64,000 bases of DNA from Takakia lepidozioides (Eukaryota; Plantae; Bryophyta), in the NCBI GenBank assembly GCA_030704615.1, contig CM060732.1, positions 19,282,001 to 19,346,000 on the forward strand, read 5' to 3'. Of this stretch, positions 1 through 13,680 are shown piece by piece. The first letter of the stretch is position 1. Each line of letters starts with the position of its first letter. The position numbers and the translations under genes are program-made. The notes under the pieces are model-generated. The model was given only the letters and a program-made list of their open reading frames with translations. It was not told where the DNA came from and searched no databases.

Positions 1-782
1 TGGAGAAGGTTTTCAAAACCTTAACTCCCTGCAAATCATTGGGTCAATTGCATCTTCTCACTCTGAGATATAGGATGAGACCACTGGCTAAGGAGGAGAC
101 ATGGTCAGGGGCAGAATTGGTTGAATTCTGGCGCCAAGCTCCTCTGGAATACAAGGAGCTGGTAGCTTACATGTGGGCAGTGGGGCAATTGAAGATTAAT
201 CCTACCCCGGCAGTAACCATTGTGATGGGATGCCCAAGTTTTTATATTGGCAGTTACTTGTACCGCATGTTCGTGACAATGAGGGGAAGCTGGCAGCGCT
301 ATGAGAGTATTGAAAAAGATACTCACTGGGAATTACCCAAATTCCAGCCACCAAAGAGAGTCACAGGCACTTCAGCATATATGAATAGGCCACTTTATGC
401 TGAAGCATGGCGCCAGGCGAAGGACCACTTTTCACCATTGGTATTGGACAGAGACCACCCTTTCAGAGAAACAGGGGTCCAAGCTGTTAACTGGTTAATG
501 GGCAGCAGGGCAACAAAACACATTATACCTTGGACCAAGGAGGAGCTGCAAACCTGCCGCGAAAACTTGACCAACAAAATCGATATGGTACGTGGGGACG
601 GGATAGCAGAACACCCTGATGAAGAAAGCTGGCCTACTCACGAACCAGAGGAACAACCAGACGGTGACGATAACAGGAACAAGAAGCTGCCACCACGACA
701 ATCCTGGGACGCGCTTCCTACCTCGCATACAGGCATGCCACCACCTTACATCCCCAAGAGATACAACAAATACAGGAACTGA
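1..782 (+). CDS. Accessory (post-pol) ORF of an LTR retrotransposon, function unknown, probably 5'-truncated by the window
   Basis: 247-aa open frame with no RT/RH/IN motifs, ending about 25 nt before a polypurine tract and LTR. Confidence 0.5.
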   Translation, partial: EKVFKTLTPCKSLGQLHLLTLRYRMRPLAKEETWSGAELVEFWRQAPLEYKELVAYMWAVGQLKINPTPAVTIVMGCPSFYIGSYLYRMFVTMRGSWQRYESIEKDTHWELPKFQPPKRVTGTSAYMNRPLYAEAWRQAKDHFSPLVLDRDHPFRETGVQAVNWLMGSRATKHIIPWTKEELQTCRENLTNKIDMVRGDGIAEHPDEESWPTHEPEEQPDGDDNRNKKLPPRQSWDALPTSHTGMPPPYIPKRYNKYRN

Positions 783-806
783 CGAAATTGTGCGGACACA
801 ATTTCA

Positions 807-1447
807 AAAGAGGGGGGGGGAATAAATGATAACGGCTATGCTACGAGGGACAGACAACGAGGGTCGCAACGGGACATACTGGGTAGTGATGGACGTACAC
901 TACTTGAGCCACAGGCAGAGACGGCTAAGTACGCGGTACTTAGCCAATGGCGGGACAAGGGTACATTACCACGAGAGCAGTAAGGGGTAGTGTAGTAACC
1001 GTGAGCCGTGAACCACGATATCACACGGTCACGATAGCATTGGCTTTAACCAATAGAGGGAGTAGTGGACCGTTTACCACTATGGCTCACGACCACTACA
1101 ACGAGCCACTTTTTAGCAAACCTTTTAGGTTGCGTAGGCAGTTAGACAAACGGTCATTAACGACCGCAGGTTGTAACGGCTCTTTCGAGCATAGTATAAA
1201 AAGACTGTACGCAACTCAGAAGGTGTGTGGTAGGAGTATCAGTGATCAATGTGTATTTAGAGGGACTCAGAGTGATTCTGTGTACTTCTGTGATGATGTG
1301 ACGAGCTCTGAAGTAAAGCCATGCTATTCGAAGTATCTCTGTGTAGAGTGAACGTGAGATGGTGAGAATGTGTATCATCTCAGAATAGTTCTTGTTTTCT
1401 CTTGACTACCATCTGCTTGTATGAACCAAGAGGCTTCAGTCCTTTCA
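807..1447 (+). mobile_element. Polypurine tract plus 3' LTR (about 827-1447)
   Basis: AAAAGAGGGGGGGGGAA then TGATA...TTTCA termini; TATAAAA near 1195; right end is a best guess. Confidence 0.65.
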
Positions 1448-3984
1448 ACTAAGATCTTTTATGCTTAAGAGACTGTAGATTGGTCTTAATCAATAGGATT
1501 AAGCAGTCTGCAAGGATATGGCTTCATCCGACGTTCATGGTTTAGCTATCCTTAAAACGATTACTTCGTAATTGTTTCTGAAAGCATACCGTCGGACAAC
1601 CTCTGTTGCATGTCTTAGGAAATGGGCAGTAGTGTTAATAGCCTGTTTTGTCTAAGTCATAAACCAGCGGTTAACAGTTCCCCGTTGTTGCGAATTGCTT
1701 GACAGAGAGGTAGTGTGAGAGAATGAGAGGGTGCCATTACCCAAATTCAAAAACCTAACCAAGCTCGGGCGGGGTGGCTGTGGGGTGCTTGCCGGGGAAG
1801 GACAGCCGGGGGTGAGCGAGCCAAGCTCGGGTGACCTACCCTGCAGCACATACACACACAGGCGAGTTAACAGACCGACAAAGGTGGGGGAGCTGGAATC
1901 GGCGAGCTCGCCTTGTGAGGAAAAGGAAGACAGAGGGGAGGGTTTGAAGGTGCAAGGAAAGCAAGGTAAACGAAAGAGAAGGGATCCCTAGCTCACCTCC
2001 AGAAGATGCACGGCCGAGGGCGAGCAGCTCAACGTCGGAGCTTGGGAGATTCACAGCCGCGGCAAAAAGCAAGTGGCGCACGAAGCGCGCCTTCGTCCGA
2101 GCTCCCCCACGACGAGGTGACCTCCGCACCTCTCGCCCTCTTGTTCAAATTCTACCTTGCAAGCTGAGTGACGAGGAGAGGGAGAGGGAGCTGGGCCGTG
2201 AGAGAGAGAAGGAGGTCGCTTGACGAATTTGAATTTTTTTTAATTAACGACGGTAATCAAACAAATCAAAATTAGTAAAAGGTTAATCCCGTCGCTGTGT
2301 AGCTGTGACCCCCTGGGGGTCGCTTTTAGTGCAGCTGCATGCACCCATTTCCCGTCGCTTTCTATTAGCAACCCCCTGGAGGTCGCTTCTGGGGACTTAG
2401 AAGTTTTAGAGCCGGATATTGCTAGCTGGTAGTGTGGGCACCCATTTCCCGTCGCTTTCTAGAAGCGACCCCCTGGAGGTCGCTTCTGGGGACTTAGTAG
2501 TTTTAGAGCCAGATGCTAGCTAATGTGGGCACCCATTTCCCGTCCCTTTCTATATGCAACCCCCTGGAGGTCGCTTTTTGGGACTTGGTGGTTTGCTCAC
2601 GGGCTCGGCCAATCACGGAGGATGATTATCGAAATGTAGTTCCACCCGACGAGAACACCTCCAACAATGATGTCTTCATGCTTGATGTACTTCCACCTCT
2701 TTCCGACGTAGGGATGAGCGGTTGGCGGACGTACCTAAAGAGCCTCACGTGATTCATGCACAAGGCCTTGAGCATCCCGTTCCACGTCCCAGCTTGCCAC
2801 CTTGAGGTCCTGGGCCTCTTAGTCCAGAGCCACGAGGCCCTGATCGAGCCACTTTGGACAAACCCCCTCGGGTGGAGTGTTGGTGCGAGCGGTGTTGGGC
2901 ACGAGTGGCACCTGGAGGTGTTCCCGTGATGCGGCATGATCATATTGTGGATGAACACTATCAGACATGGGGGATTGCCGATGCAGCAAGGGTGAGCCTT
3001 CTATAATCCATTGTTGTAACATTTTTTGTGCTAGTATATAAGGACGTACGTTTGTTGTAAGTACTCGGATGTTTAAAAATGACTTGTAATTGATACTGTA
3101 ATGGAAGTTACTGTGGTTAAATATATATGAGTAAACAACAAACTAATTGTATGAATTATATATTAAGTGCAGCCACAAGTTGTTGCCCTCCAAGCCCACA
3201 AAAACAGTACATCACAGATACGTGATGAGTTGGAGGTGGACCATCCATTGCCGGATGTCACGTTGTTTTCCCCTCAGGTTGACATAGATAGGGTCCTTGA
3301 GACGAGGGGCTTACCCTACGCCCTTCAATTATTTGGTCGCCGAGCGCGCAGCCGGCCACCGCTTGCACCGGCGCCTCCTCATGATGTCGATATTCCACGT
3401 CCATCACCAGTACGCTCTAGTTGTACTAGTCCAGCTCCACCTCCTCCACCTTCTGATCCTCATCCATCTGTATCTCCTCCTCGTCCAGTTTTCACTAGTA
3501 CACCGGCCCATGTAGAGTCACCTGCACCACCTCCATTTTGCATCACTCCACCGATCCATGAGTCATCTCTATCACCTCCATTTTGCACTAGTACTGCACC
3601 GGCCCATGGGTCACCTCTATCACATTCAGTTTGCACTAGTACAGCAACCCACGAGTCACATCTACTTTTGAGTCACCCTGTCCCAGCTGCTCACCCGATC
3701 AGTCACATATCACTCCACCTCCTAGTTCACATCACCAGTCACCCCAACATATTCGGACAACTGCCCCTTCCCAATCCCAGGCCCCCATAGGTGTCTCACG
3801 TGCACGTCCCACCCGAACCCCTAGGAAGTGTAGGCCACCACCGGTACTTGAGGTACGACGGCCCGATGATCCTAGGGTTACTGACAAGGAGTATAGGACG
3901 ATGTTGCAGACACCATTCAAGCCTAGCCTTTAGCGTGCACTAGTGCCTCCGGTCCCCATTCCTTAAAGCCAACCATTTCAGTTT

Positions 3985-4520
3985 TGGGGTCGGCGATATT
4001 GTGTGAAAGCCGCCACCAACCCTTCCATGGATCGTGGGCTATTTGCAATGGAGGATATTGTGGTTCCTCCAGGGAGAGGGCAGACAATAGACTTATTTCC
4101 CTACTTTGGCCCATACTACATGTGGTTCCACTGGACGCAAATGCGACGGTAGCCCCTTGGGTGAGACCTTATGGTCTTTGTGTCAATGACCTCGATGTCT
4201 TCAATCGGGTGTTGGACCCTGGAACAAGGGTCATATGTGACGGAGATCCCGATGTGTTCGGGAATGTTGCAGGGTTCATCAATAGTTCAATTGGTAACCC
4301 TAAAATGACCAATGTATTGTGGGATGAGCGACATGACGGGGATGTTAGGCTAGCACAATCGATATCAAATTTTGTTATGACATATGCATGTATTGGTTCA
4401 GAGTTGTTCGCCTCTTATGAGTTCTCTGATAAGGCTTGGGATGAGAGAGTCCATCGGGAGTGGAGGGAGTTTGACAAACGTTACAAACGTCACTCCCGCG
4501 GCCGCCGAGGAAATTTGTAG
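3985..4520 (+). pseudogene. SET-domain protein relic inside the CACTA element (frameshift near 4148)
   Basis: One frame reads YCVKAATNPSMDRGLFAMEDI...LFPYFGPYY; the next reads ICDGDPDVFGNVAGFINSS...IGSELFASY. These match SET motifs GxGLFA-DI, DA-GN-FINHS and GEEL-Y in order. Confidence 0.75.
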
Positions 4521-4714
4521 TAGGGGATGGTGATTAGTCATGTACACATATCGTGGCCCCTATTGTGGCACCGGTAGGGATTGGTGATTAGGGTTTAGGT
4601 TTTAGGCTGAATGTGCCAATGTACATATATTTTTTGGATGCAAATGGAGCAATTCCCAACCATTATATATTAAATGAATTGTGAATGTATTTATAGATCC
4701 AAGTACAAGAGCAA

Positions 4715-7700
4715 ATGAGGTCAGCGAACCCTCCAAGGGGCACGCAGGCCGAGCAGGACAACAATACTGGTATTGGCCACGGAGAACAAGGCCCAGACGA
4801 CCATATTGCCCAAGATGGTGACGAGGTGGAAAATGAACACAATATGGACACTGACGATGTGAGAGCCATGGAGGATTTGTTAATGAACCACTTGGGGGAG
4901 GGACAACAAATTGGGGAGGATATGGATCGCCCGCCACATTGGATGAAGATATGCCGACCCAAATCCAATGGAAGCCGAGGTAAAAACACCCTTGTATAAA
5001 GGAGCAAAAGTGAGTCGACTTTCCACTATACTGTTGTTGCTTAATTTGCAATCCCGGTTTGGCATAAGCAACATTGGCATGTCCGCAATCATGCGCACAA
5101 TTGCGGACCACATCCTCGCCCCCCATTTGGAGCATAAAATGCCACGTTCTCAAAAAGAGGCAAGACAGGTTCTAGACACATTGTGATGGGCTACAAAATT
5201 TCCCATGCATGTCCTTTGATTGCACCTTGTACTATGGAGAGCATGCGCGTGCTACCACGTGTCCCAAGTGCAAAATCTAGATACCGAGATGATGTTCAAG
5301 GAAAGAAGATCCCACGAAAGGTACATTTCTCTTATATTCTCTTTCCTACTATTTATATTTATATACATATATACATGTGTCCACCAACTAATATATCATT
5401 TTAGGGTGTAGGGTTTAAGAGGTTGTATCATTCCGAGGGTATGCATATAGGTTATATGAATCCTTCAACTAATGCAGACTTTACAAAATATCTACATACA
5501 AACCTTTGCAAATATATACCCCTCTCTTACGTACAATATGTGGATCCAAATGACAGAAAGTAAATATTGATATATTTGTTGTGTTTGTGGGGGAGGTTAG
5601 AAAATGCATTATTTTCCAGTCATCCCGCGCTTGAAAGCACAATTTCGGAGTCCATCATTTGCCCAACTCATGAAGTGGCATGCGGAGCATCGGAGCCCTC
5701 CGGAAAGATGTGCGGCCATCACGATTCGCCGGCATGGAAACACACCGAGGAACAATGGCCTTTTTTGAAGGACGATCCAAGACATGGGTGGCTCGGCTTC
5801 TCCGCGGATGGTGTAAACCCACATTCATTCCAGTCAAGTAGCCATTCAACATGGCCTGCGACTTTGGTTAACTACAACATCCCTCCTTATCTTGCTATCA
5901 AGAAGGGTCATATCATGTTGGCTGCCATTGTGCTAGGTGAATAACACAACTCTTTTTTGTTGCTTTAGGATGTACGTGGTAGTGCAATATCGAATATATA
6001 TGGAACTAAGAATATCATTTGTTCTGTTTGAATTTGAAACGATCTAATATATATGCAAATAATTTGTGTTGTAGGGAAAAAACAAGTTGCGAATATGGAT
6101 GTGTATCTCTGCGTCCATTGGTTGACGAACTCAAATATTTATGGAATGGAGTTCCAAGCTTATGATGCATCGGCACACACTGGCACACGTTCTTTTCCTT
6201 TCTGCGAGGGCTTTTTGCTATGGCAATGCATGACTATCCAGGTACCTTTTATTTGATATTACTTATAATATAATATTCTCCGTCCAGTATCAATGTGTTT
6301 GTATGTGCTCGTCATGATTTGTTCTTTAGCAATTCATGTTTTTTGCTCGGTTCATTGAAATTATGCGAGGCGATGAATGTTAAACATCCCAACTAATTCA
6401 TGGTTTTGTGCAGGGCTTTCAGTTTGTTCGTGACTAGGCACAAAGGAGGTACGCAGCATGTTCATGTTTGTGGCAGGATACCTTGATGCAAAGCATTGGA
6501 AGAACGTCGCGAAAATGATCTATCCGAACAACTTACCGGAATTTTTTCTTCTCTCAACCTCCATGGAGAACGAGAGGCAAGAAATTATTTGATGGGACCG
6601 TGGAGAGGAGACCCTCCCCCCGCGTCCCCCTTGTTCATTTTGAAAGCCGGTGGCAAGAGGTGCTTGGATAAAAAATGCCGGCTCAAGAGGTGTGGCATGT
6701 CCCAGCTTTCAATCTTCTATCGAGTTTCGCCTTATTGGGAGGTAAACAAGTCCGAAATGCATTGGACCATACATATTTCATTGAATGTCATGAACATATT
6801 CATATGAAATTGCACCGATTTCAGGATTTATGACAAATTATAATGGAAATTTCATGATACGCAGGATCTGAAAATCCTGCACCCTTCTTTATCCCATGCA
6901 TATTTAAAAGAATGTGTGCTCAATGCACTTATTCGTTTCTTTCACTACAACTTCACGGGGGGGGGGGGAGAAGAAACGTGGCGGTGATTCCCTTGGTGTG
7001 AGGCGAGAGCTCCAAGCCCAAAACCGTATGCCACGACTATGGCCTGAAGCTGATGGTGTGGACGTGAACAATGCTCCCAAGTGGACGCCAACTTGGACTT
7101 GGACAAAGGAGGAATACAAGCAAGTGCGGACCACAATACGAGCTATCCGGAACCCGACCGGGGTATGGCGCATCTCTACGCAACAAATTTGAGGATGCCA
7201 CCACTATCCATGCTTTGAAGTCTCATGACTATCACAACATTTTTGCAAGTCATTCCTTCCCATTGCAATACAAGGGACACTCCATGAGGGCATTCGAAAA
7301 GCCATCTATCGACTTGATGATTTATTCCGTTGGCTTTGCATAAAAGAGATAGACGAGGCGGATTTTCCATGAATGAAGGAGGAGACGGCCATGGTCTTGT
7401 GTATGTTGGAGATGCATCTTTCCCCTAATTTCTTTGACATCCAAGTGCATTTGGTAGTGCACTTGGTGGAAGAGGCGAGATTGCCGACCGGTCCATGCTC
7501 GGTGGATGTACTTTCTAGAGCGTTACATGAAGGAGGTCAAGGCACACGTGCGGCAAAAGGCACATCCCGAGGGTAGCATGGCGGAGGGGTACACATTGCA
7601 AGAGGCTATGGTGTTTATGTACGGAGTACTGAGAAGGGTGGACAAAGAGGCCCCTCCAATGTGGAAGGAAAAGGATGATGTGCGGAACAAAGACATGGTT

Positions 7701-8250
7701 TTGCCGCCCAAAAAATCAAGGAGGGTGAAACTATCGAACACCGAGGTGGAGCAAGCACATGACTTAGTATTGAAGAACACCCCTTGCATAGTGGAGTGGG
7801 AGGCAAGACATGCGGATGAGAATGCACGGCGGTTGGAAGCAAGTACAATTTGGAGACGCACACCTATGAGGGAATTGCGAGCCTCACGAGGACGGCGCGG
7901 ATCCAGGAGCACGGCCCCATCGGGGGCGCGTGATTTGCCCACGGAGATGCAGCCATTGAGACCATTTCGCCATTGGCTCCGGAGTGGAGTTGAGGCTGCG
8001 AATGACGATGAGGATAATGACGAGGATGAGGATGAGGATGAGGATGATGATGACAATGAGGATGTACAAGAAGAGGAAGATCCTATTGTGCCGCCTCCTA
8101 TTGACCCTCTAGTCGTGCAAGAGCCATATGAATATATGGATGATGATTCGGCTTTTGATCATGACTCTCTTGAGAGGGGTCAATATAGTGACTTCGATGA
8201 GGACAATAAACAGAAGTTGGAGCTTGATGAGGAAGATGATGTCCCTCCCG
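4715..8250 (+). pseudogene. CACTA Tnp2/TnpD transposase, multi-exon, with stops and frameshifts
   Basis: TPLYKGAKVSRLS...HACP..C..CPKC; DSPAWK...DPRH..LGFSADGVNP...HSTWP...NYNIPP (Transposase_21); LKSHDYH, FFDIQVHLVVHL, MYFLERYMK...PEGSMAEGY (DUF4218). Confidence 0.92.
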
Positions 8251-8251
8251 G

Positions 8252-10947
8252 GTTATTGTTTAGGGACTTGAAGCGACCTCAGGGAAGGCGCTGATAGTAG
8301 TAGCGACCCCCAGGGAGTCACTAATAGAACCATTTATGAAAAAATAGAATTTTAATGAATTTTAAATAAGTATTATGATTTAGAATATCTAGGATTGCGG
8401 ATTTGAGGGGCGTAATGATTTTATTTTTGGCTCTATTTTGTTCTTTGAATTCAGACTTTGGACTACTACATCCATGCAAAAAATTGGACTAAAAAATAAT
8501 GAAAAATAAATAAATAAAAATAAAAATTCTTAGGTCACTATTACAGAACTCTCTATGAAGAGTGCATGAAGTTGAAGAGAACTTAATCTTGAAGTGCAAA
8601 TGAGGGAAGAAAATATGGTTTTGGGTCCAGATGATTTTTTTTTGCTGCGAAATTTTGCACGCACATTGCACACGCTGTCATTAAGCATATGGCTGGAGAA
8701 TGGAATTGAAAAAAAATCATGTGTAGGCGAAACACAGTTTTCCGTCTGTACGACACGTAGTTGCGTTCATCACTTGAATGACCCATTGAATGAACTTGGT
8801 TCAAGCTCATCTTTAGTCCACATGTGCTTAAGTATGTTCAGATCACCAATGCAAAGTCGCAAAAGATGAGCATCAAGAAGAAATATTCACATCAATTGGT
8901 TAATCAAATGTATCCAAAGTGCATCATGAGAATATCTACAATGCCCTTCTACGCGATCCCGGTCTCAAAGCAACCGTAGTTCTGTCACACACATCCTACT
9001 ACAATTTGCAACTGTTCTTGTCATATTGGCAAATTGTTGTACATCATAATGGGAGACACCCTCTTGGTTGGTCAATTTGGTTCCGAAGTAGTTGCCATGT
9101 TCGCCTTGTAACAATGTGCCGCGTGGGTACTACATCATGTCGCTGCTTAACAACGACCCATGGGGGGTCGCTGTGAGTTATTTGCAAAATATTTTTGGGG
9201 TGCGATCAGCGCCTTCAGGGGGGTCGCTACAAGTCCATACAATTAAATAACCCGACGCCGGTTACCTGCGACCCCCTAGGGGTCGCTCTCAGATTTTTTT
9301 GCAAGTATTTTTTGGGGTGCTATCAGCGCCTTCTTGGGGGTCGCTTCAAGTCCCTAAACAATAACCCGACGCTGATTAACAGCGACCCATGGGGGGTCGG
9401 TGTGAGTTTTTTTGTAAAATATTTTGGGGTGCTATCAACGCCTCCCTGGGGGTCGGTACATGTCCCTACGCTAACCCAACGTTGTTTAACAGCACCTCCT
9501 TGGAAGTCGCTTGCTGTTGTTGTTTTGTTTTTTTGTTTTTTTTTGTTTTTTTTTTCCATATTTGTGTGGGGTGTTACGAGCGACTCCCTGGGCATCGGTT
9601 GTAGTTCCCAAATATTTTATTGGGGGTGTTTAACAGCGACCACGAGGGGGTCGTAGGTGTTTTTTCTTTCGCCATGTTTCCTGGGGTAGTGCCATCGACG
9701 CCCGGGCGGTCGCTGCTAGTTTTATTTGGGTTTCAAGATAACCCGACGGTGTTTGGCAACGACATGTAGGGTGTCGGATCCGGTCGACTGCACATGATTT
9801 TTTTTTAATTCCATTCTCAAGCCATATGCTTAAATACAGCGTCTACAATGTGCATGCCCTCACTTATGGGTCATGAAGTGGTGCAGAAGGTGGAATTTGG
9901 TGTGAACAACTCCCAAGATTCCTACACCCATTTCAAAGAACAAGATTGAGGTACATGTCAGGCCATCCAAATTTTCAGATACCCACTGTATGTGTATAAA
10001 GCAGTTTATTCCTATATTTGTGGTAGCAAGAGCCGACACCTATTGTCCATCAGAAGTCATCCATTGAACCAATATTGTATCATTTTAATTTGTCACTATG
10101 ATCAGACATGTTTGGGGTTTGATAGGGATCATACGCAGGCAAACTTCAATTCTAGTGCACGGTTTGCAGCGTTGGGGAACAGCTTCTCTGTATACACAAT
10201 TGCATTTCACTTCTCACTGCTATGGTAACCCAACGCAGATGGCATGAAGGTGCTATTGCTATTTTCAGGGATTGTTGGGGGGGGGGAGAGAGAGAGAGAG
10301 AGAGAGAGTGAGAGAGAGATAGCCCTCCACAAATCAGGCATAAAGCTCAAGGTAGGGATTTCCATTCAAATCATTTAAGGTACCCGTCATTGCATTCAGG
10401 GTTGGTGGGAAGCAAGCAAGCATACTCATTCAAGTGATGAACGCAACTACGTGTCGTACAGACGGAAAACTGTGTTTCGCCTGCACATAATTTTTTTTTA
10501 GTTCCATTCTCCTGCCATATGTCTAATGACAGCGTGTGTAATGTGCGTGCAAAATGTCGCAGCAAAAAAAAATCATCTGGACCCAAAACCATATTTTCTT
10601 CCCTCATTTGCACTCCAAGATTAAGTTCTCTTCAACTTCATGCACTCGTCATAGAGAGTTCTGCAATAGTGACCCAAGAAAACACTTTTGTTTTTTTTCA
10701 TTATTTTTTGGTCCAATCTTTTGCATGGATGTAGTAGTCCAAAGTCTGAATTCAAAGAACAAAATAGAGCAAAAAATAAATCATTACGCCCCTCAAATCC
10801 GCAATCCTAGATATTCTAAATCATAATACTTATTTAAAATTCATTAAAATTCGATTTAATCAGAAATGGTTCTATTAGTGACTCCCTGGGGGTCGCTACT
10901 ACTATCAGCGCCTTCCCTGAGATCGCTTCAAGTCCCTAAACAATAAC
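8252..10947. repeat. About 530-bp inverted repeat (arms 8252-8781 and 10426-10947)
   Basis: Arms are near-identical reverse complements; mirrored ORFs 8594+ and 10371- have almost the same translation. Confidence 0.92.
10286..10319 (+). repeat. (GA)n microsatellite
   Basis: Direct read. Confidence 0.9.
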
Positions 10948-11039
10948 TCAACGCTGATGATAGTCTAAACCCTAATCCGATCTCCCTGGGGGCTTCGTTC
11001 TTTCTGCAGATACCGGGACTCCACTAGTTGACTCCAATC

Positions 11040-12540
11040 ACTACTGCACACTGGTGGGCAAATTGATTTATCTCACCAACACGTGCCTTGATTTGTCATT
11101 TGCCGTGGGCATCATCAGTCGCTTCATGCATTCTCCTCAGCAAGCTCACTTGGATGGAGTCTTTCACATCCTACTGTACCTCAAAGGGACTGTGGATTTC
11201 GGGATTTTCTATCAACGTCGCGCTGCCCTTTAGCTCCAAGGCTTCACCGATTCAGACTAGGGCAACTCCTGTGTGGACACTCGCCAGTCCACGGGAGGGT
11301 ATATTTTCAAATTAGCCTCTGGCCCCATTACTTGGAGCAGTAAGAGACAAGCCACCGTCTCTAGGTCTACAACAGAAGCCGAGTATAAGGTGCTTTCTGA
11401 AGGTGCTCAGGAATGAGTTTACCTTAAACGACTTCTTCAAGAATTGAATCTTGGGAGTTCAAAACTAGCAACAATTGTCTATAAGGCTTCCGAAGTCGTC
11501 TTAGATCTCAAATTAGCAGTAATTCCTACAGAGCAAGAGATTCTACATTTGCAGCACGTGACAACATCAGTGCTATCAAATTGGCGCACAATCTCATATT
11601 CCATGTAAGAACTAAACACCTAGAAATCCATCATTATTTTGTACGAGAAAGAGTACTGGAAGGCAACGTCATGTGGCATCAAAAAATCAGATTGCCGACA
11701 TACTCACGAAAAATCTACTGCGAATTAAATTTGAACAACACAGAAGAGCCTTGGGTATGTGCTCTCTTTCTGAGGTTCAACAACTCGATCACAGCTTTAT
11801 TTAGAAAGATACATCATAGGATGCTGCTCTCCTTGTTATTGCAATTCGATCCAAATCTAAAAACCATCTGGTCGTCTGCATCTTGCGCTCTTCCTGAAAT
11901 AGTAGCACTCAGCTTGTTCTCGTGTCCTGAAGGACTTGAATTTGTCCTGGGAAGCCCTTCACCTGAGGTTCGCAGTCATCCCAGGATGTATAGATACCAG
12001 GTCGATGGCCGATCACTACTGCGTAATACCTTCGAGGCTACATTGCATTTCTTCAGATGCTAACATTGGCTCACTGTAGTAACTCCGTGAGACTACAGCA
12101 GACGACGCGTCGCTCGTTCTTGGCAACTCACTAGGTGACCCTTCGTTGCTCTCATCTGCTCTCTCTTGTGTCTGATAACTCCTAGTAAGAAGCATGTCAT
12201 ACAAGTATCGCATAAACGTCGTCAAAAATCCGACCAAGGCCAACAGAAGGAAGAGCAGTGGTTTTTGCAGAGAACCGACTTCACGTGCGACATCGTGCTA
12301 GTTCACAAAGTATTGTAAAATTACAGTAGTTTGTAAGATACCTTACTCAGTCATCGTGATTAGTTCATGGGGGGGGAGGGGATTTGGAATTAGTGAACCA
12401 ACCCACATGACGACCTCCAGATTACTAGGAAGTTTACTGGATTCTTTTGTAGCTAGCACGTCATAGATTATGGTATGGACTGGAATGATCCAGCGAGTCT
12501 TCTTGGTTTATCGTTGAGTGTAATCGCTCAGTTCCATTCA
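11040..12540 (+). mobile_element. Ty1/Copia 3' relic: RT end, RNase H, PPT and short 3' LTR (about 12385-12540)
   Basis: [61 protein letters not shown]; G-rich PPT at 12369-12381. Confidence 0.88.
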
Positions 12541-13680
12541 TTCCTAATCTGGACCTGGAGTCCCTATGGTTCTCATTGGACCGAACATTGTATATATTCT
12601 CCAGCTTCCTACGGGACTGGCAACATTCTTCATATAAAATTCTTACATCTCAGGCCCCTTTTGCGTGGTCTAAATATGCCCCTTGTGGCCCATTCTTCCT
12701 GAATATGATCATGCCTCCGTATAAGCCATTTTTCTTCAGCCCCCTGGCATTCATTCTTGTGACGTGGCTACTTCAAGTTAAACCCAACGATTCTCAAAGA
12801 CCCCAATACCCTTCAGCTGCTCAAGGATGAGTGGTCAGCCTTGGGTTCAGATTTCTCTTCTCCAACTCTATCTTTTCTGCACAAAATCCAAGCCATTAGG
12901 AAACTAGGCCCACAATCCCTCTCTCGTACTTCGTTGGTTTTTGCTAGATCGCATAGGTTGAAAGCCCTGATCACCAAATGCCTCAAGCATTGTCAATGGA
13001 GAATCGAATCCAATAGGCTGGGTCCGCTAACTATGGAGTCTTACCTCGCCGCCAAACGTAACTTGGCAGAGCTTTCCAAAGATAAGGGGAACTTCCTGAG
13101 AATTAAGGCGGGAGTTAACTGGTCATTGAAAGGGGATTAAAAGATATTTTATCCAAAAAGCCAAGCAGAGACGCGAGAGTACCTTGTTCAGCTCCATCAC
13201 AAATTCTTCCGCATGCTCTTTGCACATGGCTTCTCCGGCAGCTCTTCACTTTTCCAAGCTCTTTTCCATCCATCCCGGTGATCTTCCTCCCTTCGCTTCC
13301 AGAGCTGAAGTGCTAAGCTCTTATCTCTCCCTGATCCCCCCCACGCCCCTTCTCCACTCTCGAGCATTCTCAAAGCTGTGGAGGCCCTCAGTCCACATAA
13401 AACACCTGGTTTAGATGGACTCCCGCTGGAGTTCTAATATTTCAAGGAATTGTGGGAGGTGGTCGGGGAGGATTTCCTGAATATGGCTAATGGTGTCCTG
13501 GCTAAAGGGATTATGCCTCACAACTATCTGAGGGTATTATCACTCTCATACACAAGAAAAGGGACTGAGGGAACCCGGCGAACTATAGACCCATTATTTT
13601 GTTAAATTCCACTTACAAGATTATAGCGAAGGCTTTTGTCCTTCGTTTGCAACCTCTTCTGTCCAAGCTCATTCGCCGGC
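12541..13680 (+). mobile_element. L1-clade LINE ORF2 relic, 5' part (endonuclease end to RT start)
   Basis: RIKAGVNWSLKGD, KTPGLDGLPLEF, NYRPIILLNSTYKIIAKAFVLRLQPLL. Confidence 0.85.

Larger units (their letters stand above)
1448..10960 (+). mobile_element. Degenerate, rearranged CACTA/En-Spm DNA transposon (termini not located)
   Basis: Tnp2 and DUF4218 coding relics; palindromic subterminal-type repeats GCGACCCCCNGGGGGTCGC clustered at 2300-2580, 8270-8320, 9150-9720 and 10880-10930. Confidence 0.8.

Noticed and set aside
3167-3790. Extensin-like Pro-rich gene
   Set aside because: No signal peptide; it is a low-complexity repeat tract in the TE upstream of the SET domain
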